Shown in pieces: positions 10,213 to 19,185 of a stretch of DNA of 64,000 nucleotides; position 1 is the stretch's first letter; the number at the start of each line of letters is the position of its first letter. The DNA is taken from contig JALHIW010000005.1 in the NCBI GenBank assembly GCA_022837745.1, forward strand, positions 16,458 to 80,457, given 5' to 3'. The DNA is from Methanomicrobiaceae archaeon. GTDB lineage: Archaea; Halobacteriota; Methanomicrobia; Methanomicrobiales; Methanoculleaceae. The position numbers and the translations under genes are program-made. The notes beneath the pieces were generated by a model. The model made no database searches. It worked only from the letters and a program-made list of their open reading frames with translations, and had not been told where the DNA came from.

Positions 10213-11430
10213 TCACCAGACCGCGGTGTGGAGATCCTCATCACGCCGGAACAATCCCTGAAAAGAACGGTGCCCCTGGACAGCATCGATGACACGGCGG
10301 CGCGTTGCCCTGATCAGGAGACGGAGCAGGATGACAGGCGTCCTGCCGTCGAGGTGGCTGTAGAGGAAGTCCCGGATCCTCATCTCCGCCTCCAGTTCAG
10401 GGATGAGGCGACGGTTCAGGAGGGAGGTGTATGTTGCGGCAAGCGGCGCCCCCGAGGTGAGGTGGCGGTCGATTGCGTGAGCGGCGAGTTCTGCTGTTCT
10501 GTGGGCATAAAAGATCCCCTCCCCAAGGATGGGGCTTGTGAAACCGCCTGCATCCCCGACCAGAACCGTAGCCTCATGGGCCGGGGATGGGATGTAATTT
10601 CCAAACGGCAGGAGGCATCCGGCTGGCTTTCGGTCTGCAAACGCCGCAAACCCGATACCCCCCAGGAACTCCCTGAACCGGTCGGGGAGCCCCCTTCGAT
10701 TTGCCTCAAACAAACCACCGATACCCACGATGACCGCATCAGTGTTGGGGAAGACCCAACCGTAACCCATGGGGCAGGCGCCGAGGAAAACGTGAGGTAT
10801 CCCTATGTCAGCGTCCAGAGGGATCGCCGCCTCCCTGTTCTGGTGCATCTCCACCTCCCCGCGGTTGATTTTTATCTCCAGCGCCAGGCCAAGGTTCCTG
10901 CGCCACCGTTGCCGATCAACAACACCCTCCGGGAGAGAGCGGCGGACGCTGCTGTGGATCCCGTCAGCCCCAACGATGACCCTGGCGGAGCAACACTCCC
11001 CGTCCGCGGTGGTTACTGTCCGCTGAACGTGGTCGACCGCGGTCACCTCAGTCCCCTCCCGGACCTCCGCCCCGGCCTCCCGCGCCATCAGGGCAAGGCA
11101 GGCATCGTATCGGTCCCGCCGGGTGAAGTAGAACGGTTCTGCCAGGCCTTCGGCGAGGACGCGGCGATTGCCGATGTAGAGGGCATACCCCTTCCCGGTG
11201 AAGTCGAGCAGCCCCTCACGCTGGAGTGCATCGAGCGGGAGGGAAAAGACCCTGTCCAGGAACCGGACAGACTTCTGTGTCAGGCAACCGCCGCAGACCT
11301 TCTCACGTGGGTATACCGCACGCTCAAAGAGCCCCACGCGGTGCCCCGCCTTTGCAAGCAGGAAGGCGGCGGTGCTCCCGGCGGGTCCTCCTCCGGCAAC
11401 TATAACATCGTAATCCGGCTGGTCCCGCAT
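10213..11430 (-). CDS. Geranylgeranyl-reductase-family FAD oxidoreductase
   Basis: GGGPAGS Rossmann motif, KVCGG, GADG, YGWVFP and LVGDAGG. Confidence 0.9.
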   Translation of the reverse strand: MRDQPDYDVIVAGGGPAGSTAAFLLAKAGHRVGLFERAVYPREKVCGGCLTQKSVRFLDRVFSLPLDALQREGLLDFTGKGYALYIGNRRVLAEGLAEPFYFTRRDRYDACLALMAREAGAEVREGTEVTAVDHVQRTVTTADGECCSARVIVGADGIHSSVRRSLPEGVVDRQRWRRNLGLALEIKINRGEVEMHQNREAAIPLDADIGIPHVFLGACPMGYGWVFPNTDAVIVGIGGLFEANRRGLPDRFREFLGGIGFAAFADRKPAGCLLPFGNYIPSPAHEATVLVGDAGGFTSPILGEGIFYAHRTAELAAHAIDRHLTSGAPLAATYTSLLNRRLIPELEAEMRIRDFLYSHLDGRTPVILLRLLIRATRRRVIDAVQGHRSFQGLFRRDEDLHTAVW

Positions 11431-12476
11431 TCAACTTTCGCTTTTGTTAAAGGTTTGCCTTGAAACCGGATATTGTTTCCCCGCCGGACCGTCTGCCTGG
11501 ATCGGTCCAAAACGCCTATCGACTTCCACCAGACGTTCATATCCTCAACCGACCCGCAGATGTTGACACTCTCAGAGAGCGCCCCTGCGAATGCGTATCC
11601 TGCCCTGGCAAACGTGATGTTGGCCGGGTATGATCCGGCCCTGGCGATGGCAAACACCGTCTTTATCCCGCTTGAGGAGACATCGTCCTCCATTAACTGG
11701 AGGAGGATGGCTGCAAACCCGTGCCCCCGGTAGCCTGGCAGAGTTGCAAAACCCGTCATCTCTGCAAATTCGGCGCGGGCGTCAACTTCAGCTGCCGCGA
11801 CCGCAACGATACGACCCCCTGGCTCAATTATACAGAAACAGCGCAGATTCTCCTGCATCTTCTGCGCAAGGTAACCGGGGTCATCAATCGGGACAGGATA
11901 GGTCTCAAAGACACTCCGATAGATCGACGCTACCGCCGGGGCGTCCACTGCAGTGGCACGAACCGCGGTGAAACACGGTTCCAGCGCCGGACACGCCGCA
12001 TCCCGCTCTCCGGCTTTGGCCATGGCAACCGCAAGGACTTCATCGTTCCCGCTCCTCCTGCTGCCCCGCGTGGGATGGCGGTACGCCAGGTAGCAGCCGT
12101 CCACCTCGCCGCGAAACAATCCCGGGATACGCACCAGCGGCGTGTAGCCGCCTGATACGAACTGATCGAGGGCGGTGGCCGGTATCCTCGCAAATATACG
12201 GGAATATCCGCGCTCTTTTGCAAACGCCCCAAGCCTTCCAGTGATCTCGGGGAGGTCTGTTGGGTCCAGATGACACAGAAAGGCACGGTCGTTGTGCGGA
12301 CCATGGTGGACCAGGCTGCGCCCGAGCGCTGTAACGGTATCATCACAGGCGTCAGTGCACGGAGAATACCCCTGAACTGACTGCCGCCTGGAACTCTCTA
12401 CGGTATGCCGCGTAAAGGCGGCTCCTGCTTCGGAAGAACGTATTTGATTCTTCTGATCCTGTCGAGAACCTGACAT
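11400..12476 (-). CDS. Putative beta-lysine N-acetyltransferase (AblB/YodP-like GNAT)
   Basis: AEMTGFATLPGYRGHG, YPANITFARAGY and EDMNVW motifs; start and C-terminal extension uncertain. Confidence 0.75.
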   Translation of the reverse strand: MSGSRQDQKNQIRSSEAGAAFTRHTVESSRRQSVQGYSPCTDACDDTVTALGRSLVHHGPHNDRAFLCHLDPTDLPEITGRLGAFAKERGYSRIFARIPATALDQFVSGGYTPLVRIPGLFRGEVDGCYLAYRHPTRGSRRSGNDEVLAVAMAKAGERDAACPALEPCFTAVRATAVDAPAVASIYRSVFETYPVPIDDPGYLAQKMQENLRCFCIIEPGGRIVAVAAAEVDARAEFAEMTGFATLPGYRGHGFAAILLQLMEDDVSSSGIKTVFAIARAGSYPANITFARAGYAFAGALSESVNICGSVEDMNVWWKSIGVLDRSRQTVRRGNNIRFQGKPLTKAKVECGTSRITML

Positions 12477-12609
12477 GCTCTTCCATAAAATATATATTTA
12501 CCTTAGTATATAATGAACGTGGATATTTCGCTCCCTGACGGCAGCGACCAATAAACACTTTCACCCCGCGCGCGACAGGCTCTTTTACCTGCGGACAGAT
12601 GATCCAGTC

Positions 12610-13695
12610 ATGTCCATTGTGGAGCAGAAACTCTCCAGCCTTACTGCCGCCGGGCAGTTTGACATCTGCGCACCCGGCGAGTGCATCCATGTCCTCTCTA
12701 CAGCAGCGCACATAACCTACAACCGGCGGGCGGGCGGGTGCGGCCGGATGCTCAAGGTGCTTCTCAACGGTTATTGCTCCTACGACTGCGCCTACTGTTC
12801 CGTCCGGTTAAAACGTGAACGGCTGGGGTTCTCACCGGATGAGTTTGCCGAAGCCTTCCTTCGCCTCTGGCATGAAGACCTTGTCGGAGGCCTCTTCCTG
12901 AGTTCCGGCATCCCGCACGACGTCGACCTTGTGATGCACGACCTTGTTGAGACGGGGGAGATCCTGCGGTGCAGGGGCTACGACGGTTACCTCCACCTCA
13001 AGATCCTCCCCGGCGCTGCACGGGCGGATATCCATGACGCCGCCAGGGTGGCGGACAGGATCAGCATCAACCTGGAGACCACGTCCTCAGACCGCCTGGG
13101 GTGCATCGCCGGGGTGAAGGATTACCAGCAGGATATCCTGAAACGGCAGGCCTGGGTGGCGGAGGAGAAGCCCGAGGGCCATACAACGCAGCTCGTCATC
13201 GGGGCGGCGGACGAGACCGATGCGGAGATCCTCTCCTGTCTCGCCGGCCAGTATCGCCGGGTCAGGCCAGCCCGGGTCTACTTCTCGGCGTTCCGCTCCC
13301 TTCCCGGAACTCCTCTCGCAGAGCATCCAGATACGCCGGCCTGGCGGGCGCGACGGTGCTACCAGGCCGACTACCTGCTCAGGGATTACGGTTTTACGGC
13401 CGACGAACTCAAGGCCTCTCTCAACGAAGACGGGTTCTTCGAAAACCGCGACCCAAAAGAGGTCATCGCAGCCAATACGATGCCGGTGAACGTAAACACC
13501 GCCGCAAAGTGGGATTTACTTCGCGTCCCGGGGATAGGACCAAAGGCAGCAGACAGGATCATCGCACTTCGCAAACAGCGGCCGTTCACCGGCCCGGCCG
13601 ACCTTGCACGTGCTGGAATCAGGGGGCAGGTCGCCGCACGCCACCTCACCTTCGGCAACCGGAAGGAGACCATCCAGACGAAGTTGATCCTGTAA
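12610..13695 (+). CDS. Radical SAM protein with C-terminal helix-hairpin-helix (putative DNA modification/repair family)
   Basis: CSYDCAYC cluster motif, YQADYLLRDYGF, and LLRVPGIGPKAA HhH motif. Confidence 0.85.
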   Translation: MSIVEQKLSSLTAAGQFDICAPGECIHVLSTAAHITYNRRAGGCGRMLKVLLNGYCSYDCAYCSVRLKRERLGFSPDEFAEAFLRLWHEDLVGGLFLSSGIPHDVDLVMHDLVETGEILRCRGYDGYLHLKILPGAARADIHDAARVADRISINLETTSSDRLGCIAGVKDYQQDILKRQAWVAEEKPEGHTTQLVIGAADETDAEILSCLAGQYRRVRPARVYFSAFRSLPGTPLAEHPDTPAWRARRCYQADYLLRDYGFTADELKASLNEDGFFENRDPKEVIAANTMPVNVNTAAKWDLLRVPGIGPKAADRIIALRKQRPFTGPADLARAGIRGQVAARHLTFGNRKETIQTKLIL

Positions 13696-13756
13696 GGCGG
13701 CCGGCACCTCCCGGTACGAAGACCGCCCGAAGGGGAGTGATCTGGCTGGAAACCCT

Positions 13757-15064
13757 TTAAACCCCGGCATACCGGAGGATGAGGTCGGTTGCCGCCCGGA
13801 TCTCCTTTCCCTGCTTCCTTACCTCGGCAAGGTAAGCGTCGTAGATCTCGTCGTTAACAATCCGGATCCGCTTGCGGAAGAGGTCAGCGTGCATCATCAG
13901 GTCTAAACACCGGGCCTCGCTCTCGGTCAGACGGAGCGCCCGGTAATCACTCTTATGCGGCATAAAAGTCGGATTCTTATCGCGTGGCGTCTTTACCACG
14001 AGATCGGCAAGCGGCGTTCCGGGTATGGGTTCGGCAGCGCTCACAAAGGTGTCGTCAAGCAGGAGGGTGGCGATCAGATCCTTTGTAGCCATGTAATCCC
14101 GCTCAGTCTCTCCCGGATACCCCACAATGAAACTCCCGGCGACATGGAGCCGGTGTTTCCGGCACCGCTCCACCGCCTCCACAACCTGCCTCACCTTCAC
14201 GCCTTTGCCCATCATCCGGAGCAGCCGGTCGCTCCCGGACTCGATCCCGAAGAAGACCCAGCCGATGGTGTAGCGCTTTATGGCGTCAAGTATCTCGTCG
14301 GTGATACAGTCCACCCTGATATCCGGGGCGGAGATATTTTTGGGCCCCATCACCTCCGCCATTCCGCGCAGGAGGTCGATGAAGGCGTCCGGGTTCATCT
14401 CCCCGCTGCTCGAACCGTAGAGCGACCCCGTCCCCCCGGATATAGAAAGACGTTTTGCGCCGTGGGCTGCAAAAGCCTTCACCTCCTCGATGATGCTCTC
14501 GATCGATCGGCTCCTGACCCTCCTCCCGAAGAATCGGGGCACCTGGCAGAAGGTGCACCCCCCTATACACCCCCGGTGGGTCTCGATGTAGGCGCTCGCC
14601 CCCCGGATACTCTGGCTGCCTATATCGTCCGGGATCAGGGGCAGCGGGCGCTCGATCGGTGCTGGAGGGGCGGGAGGCGTCACCACAGTTCTGCCGTCAT
14701 CGAGAAACGCTATTCCCGGGAGGTCTGGCGAGACCCCCTCCTCGACCAGACGGACAACTGTCTCCTCACCCTCACCTACGACAACCGCGTCGGGGGCAAT
14801 CTCACCGAGCACCATCTCCGGTGCGGCCGAGACTGGCCCCCCCACGTAGACCCGCCCGCCACGCTCGCGGTGTGCCCGGATCACGTCCCTGATCGCGGGA
14901 TCGAGGAGGTGCTGGGTCGAGAAGAGGCTCATAAGCAGGATTGAACCCATAGGAACCTCAGGCGTCCGGGTGAGGGTCACGCGGTGGCCTGCGTCACGAA
15001 GAACGCCGCCTATCAGCATGGCGCCGTAGGTGTAGATACCTGGTGAGAGGATCGTGATCTCCAT
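13757..15064 (-). CDS. B12-binding radical SAM methyltransferase, probably MCR glutamine C-methyltransferase family
   Basis: YTYGAMLIGGVL N-terminus, VYVGGP B12 domain and CIGGCTFC motif; subfamily assignment from memory. Confidence 0.65.
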   Translation of the reverse strand: MEITILSPGIYTYGAMLIGGVLRDAGHRVTLTRTPEVPMGSILLMSLFSTQHLLDPAIRDVIRAHRERGGRVYVGGPVSAAPEMVLGEIAPDAVVVGEGEETVVRLVEEGVSPDLPGIAFLDDGRTVVTPPAPPAPIERPLPLIPDDIGSQSIRGASAYIETHRGCIGGCTFCQVPRFFGRRVRSRSIESIIEEVKAFAAHGAKRLSISGGTGSLYGSSSGEMNPDAFIDLLRGMAEVMGPKNISAPDIRVDCITDEILDAIKRYTIGWVFFGIESGSDRLLRMMGKGVKVRQVVEAVERCRKHRLHVAGSFIVGYPGETERDYMATKDLIATLLLDDTFVSAAEPIPGTPLADLVVKTPRDKNPTFMPHKSDYRALRLTESEARCLDLMMHADLFRKRIRIVNDEIYDAYLAEVRKQGKEIRAATDLILRYAGV

Positions 15065-15148
15065 GATACAGTTATCGCCCTGACAGTATACAAAAGGTGG
15101 TGGTGTCCCGTCTCACTGCGGTGAAACCAAGTCCTATAACCCGCTCCC

Positions 15149-16222
15149 TCAGGGTGTCTTCTCCCCCACCCGGCGGGCGTAGAGAGTGATCGCCCACCCC
15201 AGAAGCGCCGCCGCAGCCGCGACCAGCGCCAGAACCAGCCAGTGGACGGGGCCGATGGAGTCCGCCGCCAGCCTTACAATGAGGTTTAACGGATTGTGGG
15301 GGACTGCCATGACGAAGATGAAGACCACCACCAGCGCCGTCGAGAATATGAACTGGGCACTCGTCCTCTCACGGTAATGGAGCGCGACGAGCGCCCCGAG
15401 CAGTATGAGGATGAGACCGGATGTCGAGACGTGGAGGAGGATCGCCATGGCGTTACCCACGGGGATGCCGTTTAGCCAGAGGAGGATGAGCCAGGCGCCC
15501 GCCTGGAGAGGAACCAGAACCTCGCAGGCGGCAATCTTTCCCCAGATCACCTCCGTGAACGTGATCGGTGTCGAGAGCAGTGTCTCGAGCGTCTGCCGCT
15601 GATACTCCTCCGTGATCAGGTCGATGATCAGGGCCGCCGATACGATCGCCGGGAGGAAGACAAGCAGCGGGATGAGGAGACCGTAGACAAACTCAAAGAA
15701 ACTCTCGCCGCCATCGGTGTCCGGGAAGTTCAACTCCACAGGTGAGTAGATCAGCCGGTCGGCCCGGGTCTCACGGAGTTGTTCCTCGTAACCCTGGAGA
15801 ACCTCTTTTATCTTGACGTTGACGACACCAGACTGAAGGTCGTTCTGGATGAGATAGAGCGTTACTGTGATCGGGCCTTCAGCGTCGGGAGGCGTCTCCG
15901 GGACGTAGACCACCGCCGAGAGCATCCGCTCGCGCAGTGCCGCAAGCGCCTCACCGAGATCCATCCTGTAAAGGATGAGATCGTCTCGTTCTCCAAACTC
16001 ATCGATCAGCGGTGATTCCGCCCCGGCGTAACCGACTCTGTAGGTGACCGTCGAGTAGCCCTCGATTGCCTCCGGGTCATACATCGCGGTGAGTCCCACC
16101 ATCAAGAACGAGGAGAACATCGCTATGAAGACCTGGAGGAGGATCGCAAAGACGATAGTCTTCTCCGATGACAGTCCGGCGATCTCTTTCTTTGCTATCA
16201 GAGAGATATGGCGCCTCTTCAA
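15149..16222 (-). CDS. ABC-2 type exporter permease
   Basis: Multiple TM segments and EEYQRQTLETLLSTP motif. Confidence 0.85.
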   Translation of the reverse strand: MKRRHISLIAKKEIAGLSSEKTIVFAILLQVFIAMFSSFLMVGLTAMYDPEAIEGYSTVTYRVGYAGAESPLIDEFGERDDLILYRMDLGEALAALRERMLSAVVYVPETPPDAEGPITVTLYLIQNDLQSGVVNVKIKEVLQGYEEQLRETRADRLIYSPVELNFPDTDGGESFFEFVYGLLIPLLVFLPAIVSAALIIDLITEEYQRQTLETLLSTPITFTEVIWGKIAACEVLVPLQAGAWLILLWLNGIPVGNAMAILLHVSTSGLILILLGALVALHYRERTSAQFIFSTALVVVFIFVMAVPHNPLNLIVRLAADSIGPVHWLVLALVAAAAALLGWAITLYARRVGEKTP

Positions 16223-18024
16223 AGGAGCATCCCCCCGATGAAGTAGAGGTTGTAGAGACTGTGGACGATCCCCGCCACAATCACCCCTGGCGCATAGGCG
16301 CGCCGCCCCCCAATCAGCAGGAACCCGCCGGTTATCAGCACCCCGGCGATATGGAGGAGGAGCGGCATCCAGAGCGCCTGGAGAGAGAGGAAGAGGATGC
16401 TCCCGAAGATCGACTCGGTGATCTGGGCAAGCGTGGCAAAGAGAAGGAGTTTTTCGCCGACAAGGAACCCGAGGCCTGTGACCGTTGCCCCGGTGAGAAG
16501 GTTTCCAGGCGTGAGAAAACCGGGCCGATCCCTGACTATAGCGTAAAGCCCGATCGATTTTGCAAACTCTTCGATGACCGCGGCAGTGATCGTCAGCAGG
16601 AGGAGAGAGAGCGGCATGGGGATGTTGAAGAAGAGGACGAGCGTCAGCATCTCGGCCATGAAGACGAACGGTATCGTGAACGCGGCAAGCAGGAAGAGCG
16701 AGAAGTGCGGGTGGTTCCGGCTGATCCCGGTTGATATGAAGTCAACAACCCGTGATGTCAGGCGTCTCTCCGAGAAGAGGTGTTCTTCCCGGAAGTTTGC
16801 AATCCCGACATAGAAGAGGATGATGCTCGTTGCAAAGAAGAGCGCGGTCGAGTAGATGTACTCCATCGCGGTGAACCCGTCACCCTGGATTGCAACCACG
16901 ACCAGGGTGAGAGGGGAGACGATGCTGATGACGTGGGTGTTTGCAAATACCGTCGGGAAGAAGAGGTATGACGTGGCGACGGTCGAGAAGAAGATCGAGA
17001 CAAAGGAGAGTTCTTTGAAACTCCGGGACGTCATCCCTATGATGAGGGCGTTAGCCAGGAAGAAGAGGATGACCGGAACGAGCGGAAGGAGGATCACAAG
17101 CGGCGCCCTGGCAAAGAGGGTGATCGCGGCCGCGATCAGGATCATGATCGTGAAGTAGGGAAGGGCCTTTCCTACGACGATCGCCACCGGACGGAGTGGG
17201 GTGGAGAGGAGCGCCTCACCTGCGCGCCCCACCCTCTCGTTCATCACGCTCATCATGAAGAACTGGGAGGTGAAGTAGAGCGGAAATATGAAGACGAAGA
17301 CCAGGATGATGGTATCAAACGGCAGCGGCAAAGAGAGTTCCGAGGGTGTCAGGAGTCTGTCCGTGGCGGACTCGCCAGAGATGAGAGATGTGTAGCGCTT
17401 GAGGGGCTGACCATCCCCGGCCTCCACGAGATGCTCCCGGAGTTCTTCCTCGGTTGTGAGCCTGCCCTGGGATGGGGGTGTCACCTCCTCGACCGGGAGG
17501 GATGGAGATGGGGGCCTCCTCGTCTCCACGGGGGCGCCGACCTGCTGGCCGCTCTGGGTCGCAAGGAAATCGATCTCGCTCTTCACGTACTGGAGATCGA
17601 TCCAGAGAGGATAGGCGGCGAAGAGGTCGGGTTCCGTTGCCGCCACGCTTGCAACGTAACTCTCGTAATCGCGCTCGAGCGTATTTAATGCCGCACGCCC
17701 TTTATCCGTGTCAGCAGCGTAGACCTCCCCGTTTATGATGACGATATCGTAGGAAAACCTGTTCTCCCAGAGCGACGCTGCATCATCCAGGTATGTGGCA
17801 AACCGGGTGTCGGATGCGACTATACTGGCCGTGCCGGGGTCATCAACGCCGATCCGGTACATCCCGTCCTGTAGATGAAGACCGCTCCCTGCGGCAAATG
17901 CCGTCACCAGCACCAGGAGGAGAAGAAGCCCCACAGCAATCGGCAGGATGCCTCTTCCCATCGTGGTCATGGATCGCTTTATCTCCCATGTGGCGATCGT
18001 CCGAATTGAGGAGATAAGACTCAT
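16219..18024 (-). CDS. ABC-2 permease fused to a PrsW-like intramembrane protease domain
   Basis: ERVGRAGEALLSTP permease motif; C-terminal IEEFAK and later His residues of PrsW type. Confidence 0.75.
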   Translation of the reverse strand: MSLISSIRTIATWEIKRSMTTMGRGILPIAVGLLLLLVLVTAFAAGSGLHLQDGMYRIGVDDPGTASIVASDTRFATYLDDAASLWENRFSYDIVIINGEVYAADTDKGRAALNTLERDYESYVASVAATEPDLFAAYPLWIDLQYVKSEIDFLATQSGQQVGAPVETRRPPSPSLPVEEVTPPSQGRLTTEEELREHLVEAGDGQPLKRYTSLISGESATDRLLTPSELSLPLPFDTIILVFVFIFPLYFTSQFFMMSVMNERVGRAGEALLSTPLRPVAIVVGKALPYFTIMILIAAAITLFARAPLVILLPLVPVILFFLANALIIGMTSRSFKELSFVSIFFSTVATSYLFFPTVFANTHVISIVSPLTLVVVAIQGDGFTAMEYIYSTALFFATSIILFYVGIANFREEHLFSERRLTSRVVDFISTGISRNHPHFSLFLLAAFTIPFVFMAEMLTLVLFFNIPMPLSLLLLTITAAVIEEFAKSIGLYAIVRDRPGFLTPGNLLTGATVTGLGFLVGEKLLLFATLAQITESIFGSILFLSLQALWMPLLLHIAGVLITGGFLLIGGRRAYAPGVIVAGIVHSLYNLYFIGGMLL

Positions 18025-18104
18025 GGTGATCCCGGAGGGTGTCTGAGAGGCATATTTCTGTAGAGCAACCTATTAGTAGGCATCGGAGACAAAAGAGATA
18101 CCGG

Positions 18105-18992
18105 ATGATAACGGCCCGCAATCTTGTCAAGTATTACGGCGAGTTCCCGGCCCTCGACGGCGTCTCCTTTGACCTTGACGATGGGGAGATCTTCGGGGTG
18201 ATCGGGCATAACGGCGCGGGCAAGACCACTCTTTTAAAGATCATGGCCGGACTTATCTCGCCGACGGCGGGCAGTCTTGTCATAAACGGGATCGACGTTG
18301 TTAAAAGACCGCTCGATCTGAAACGGAACCTTGGATACCTGCCGGAAGAGTCCAGGCTCTACGAGACCATGAGCGTTGAGGCGTACCTTGCGTTCTTCGG
18401 TGAGATCTACGGTCTTCCAGCAGACTTAATCAGGAAACGGTCGATGGAACTCCTCGACGAACTCATGCTGGATCCCGATGGCAAGAAGATCGGTGAACTC
18501 TCGAAAGGTATGAAGCGGAAGGTCGCGATAGCGCGGTCGCTGATCCACGATCCGGACCTGCTCATATACGACGAACCCACCTCCGGCCTCGACCCCATGA
18601 CTTCACGCTCGGTGCTCGACTACATCAAGGGGCTGCGCAATCAGGGCAAGACGGTGGTCTTCTCCGCCCACAACCTCTTCCAGGTGGAAGAGGCCTGCGA
18701 CCTGATCCTGATACTGCGGCGTGGGAAGGTGGTGGCAAAAGGCAGCATGCACGAACTCCGGGAGGCATTTGGCTCGATCACCTACCAGATCTTCTTCAGG
18801 ATCCCCGATCCCGCGACGTTTTCAACCCCGGTCAGTTACATCGCCTCCAATGGCCGCTACATGGCGGAGGCGCGCACCATCGAAGACCTGAACAGGATGA
18901 CCGCGACGCTTGCGGCCGCCGGCGCAACGATAGAGCGGATCGAGTCGCACTACCCGACACTTGAAGAGATGCTGTTAAAGATCGGGCAGTGA
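18105..18992 (+). CDS. ABC transporter ATP-binding protein
   Basis: GHNGAGKT Walker A, LSKGM signature and IYDEPT Walker B. Confidence 0.95.
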   Translation: MITARNLVKYYGEFPALDGVSFDLDDGEIFGVIGHNGAGKTTLLKIMAGLISPTAGSLVINGIDVVKRPLDLKRNLGYLPEESRLYETMSVEAYLAFFGEIYGLPADLIRKRSMELLDELMLDPDGKKIGELSKGMKRKVAIARSLIHDPDLLIYDEPTSGLDPMTSRSVLDYIKGLRNQGKTVVFSAHNLFQVEEACDLILILRRGKVVAKGSMHELREAFGSITYQIFFRIPDPATFSTPVSYIASNGRYMAEARTIEDLNRMTATLAAAGATIERIESHYPTLEEMLLKIGQ

Positions 18993-19185
18993 GTTGCCCG
19001 CCGCCCTCAAAGGGACGACGGGGGGAGGGCGGGTTTGTACACCGGAATCGTTGTCCCCCTCCCGTGCAAATTGGATTATCCGGGGCAATTTAGGGGTATA
19101 GCCGCAGGGAAACTCTTAAAATGGAACACACACCTGCGCCGCTGGAACGAGTATATAGGCATCCGGGGCGAACCCTAACATAGAG

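Noticed and set aside
18993-19070. Alternative hairpins after the ABC ATPase (attenuator?)
   Set aside because: Adequately explained as a GC-rich terminator region; no leader ORF or conserved motif
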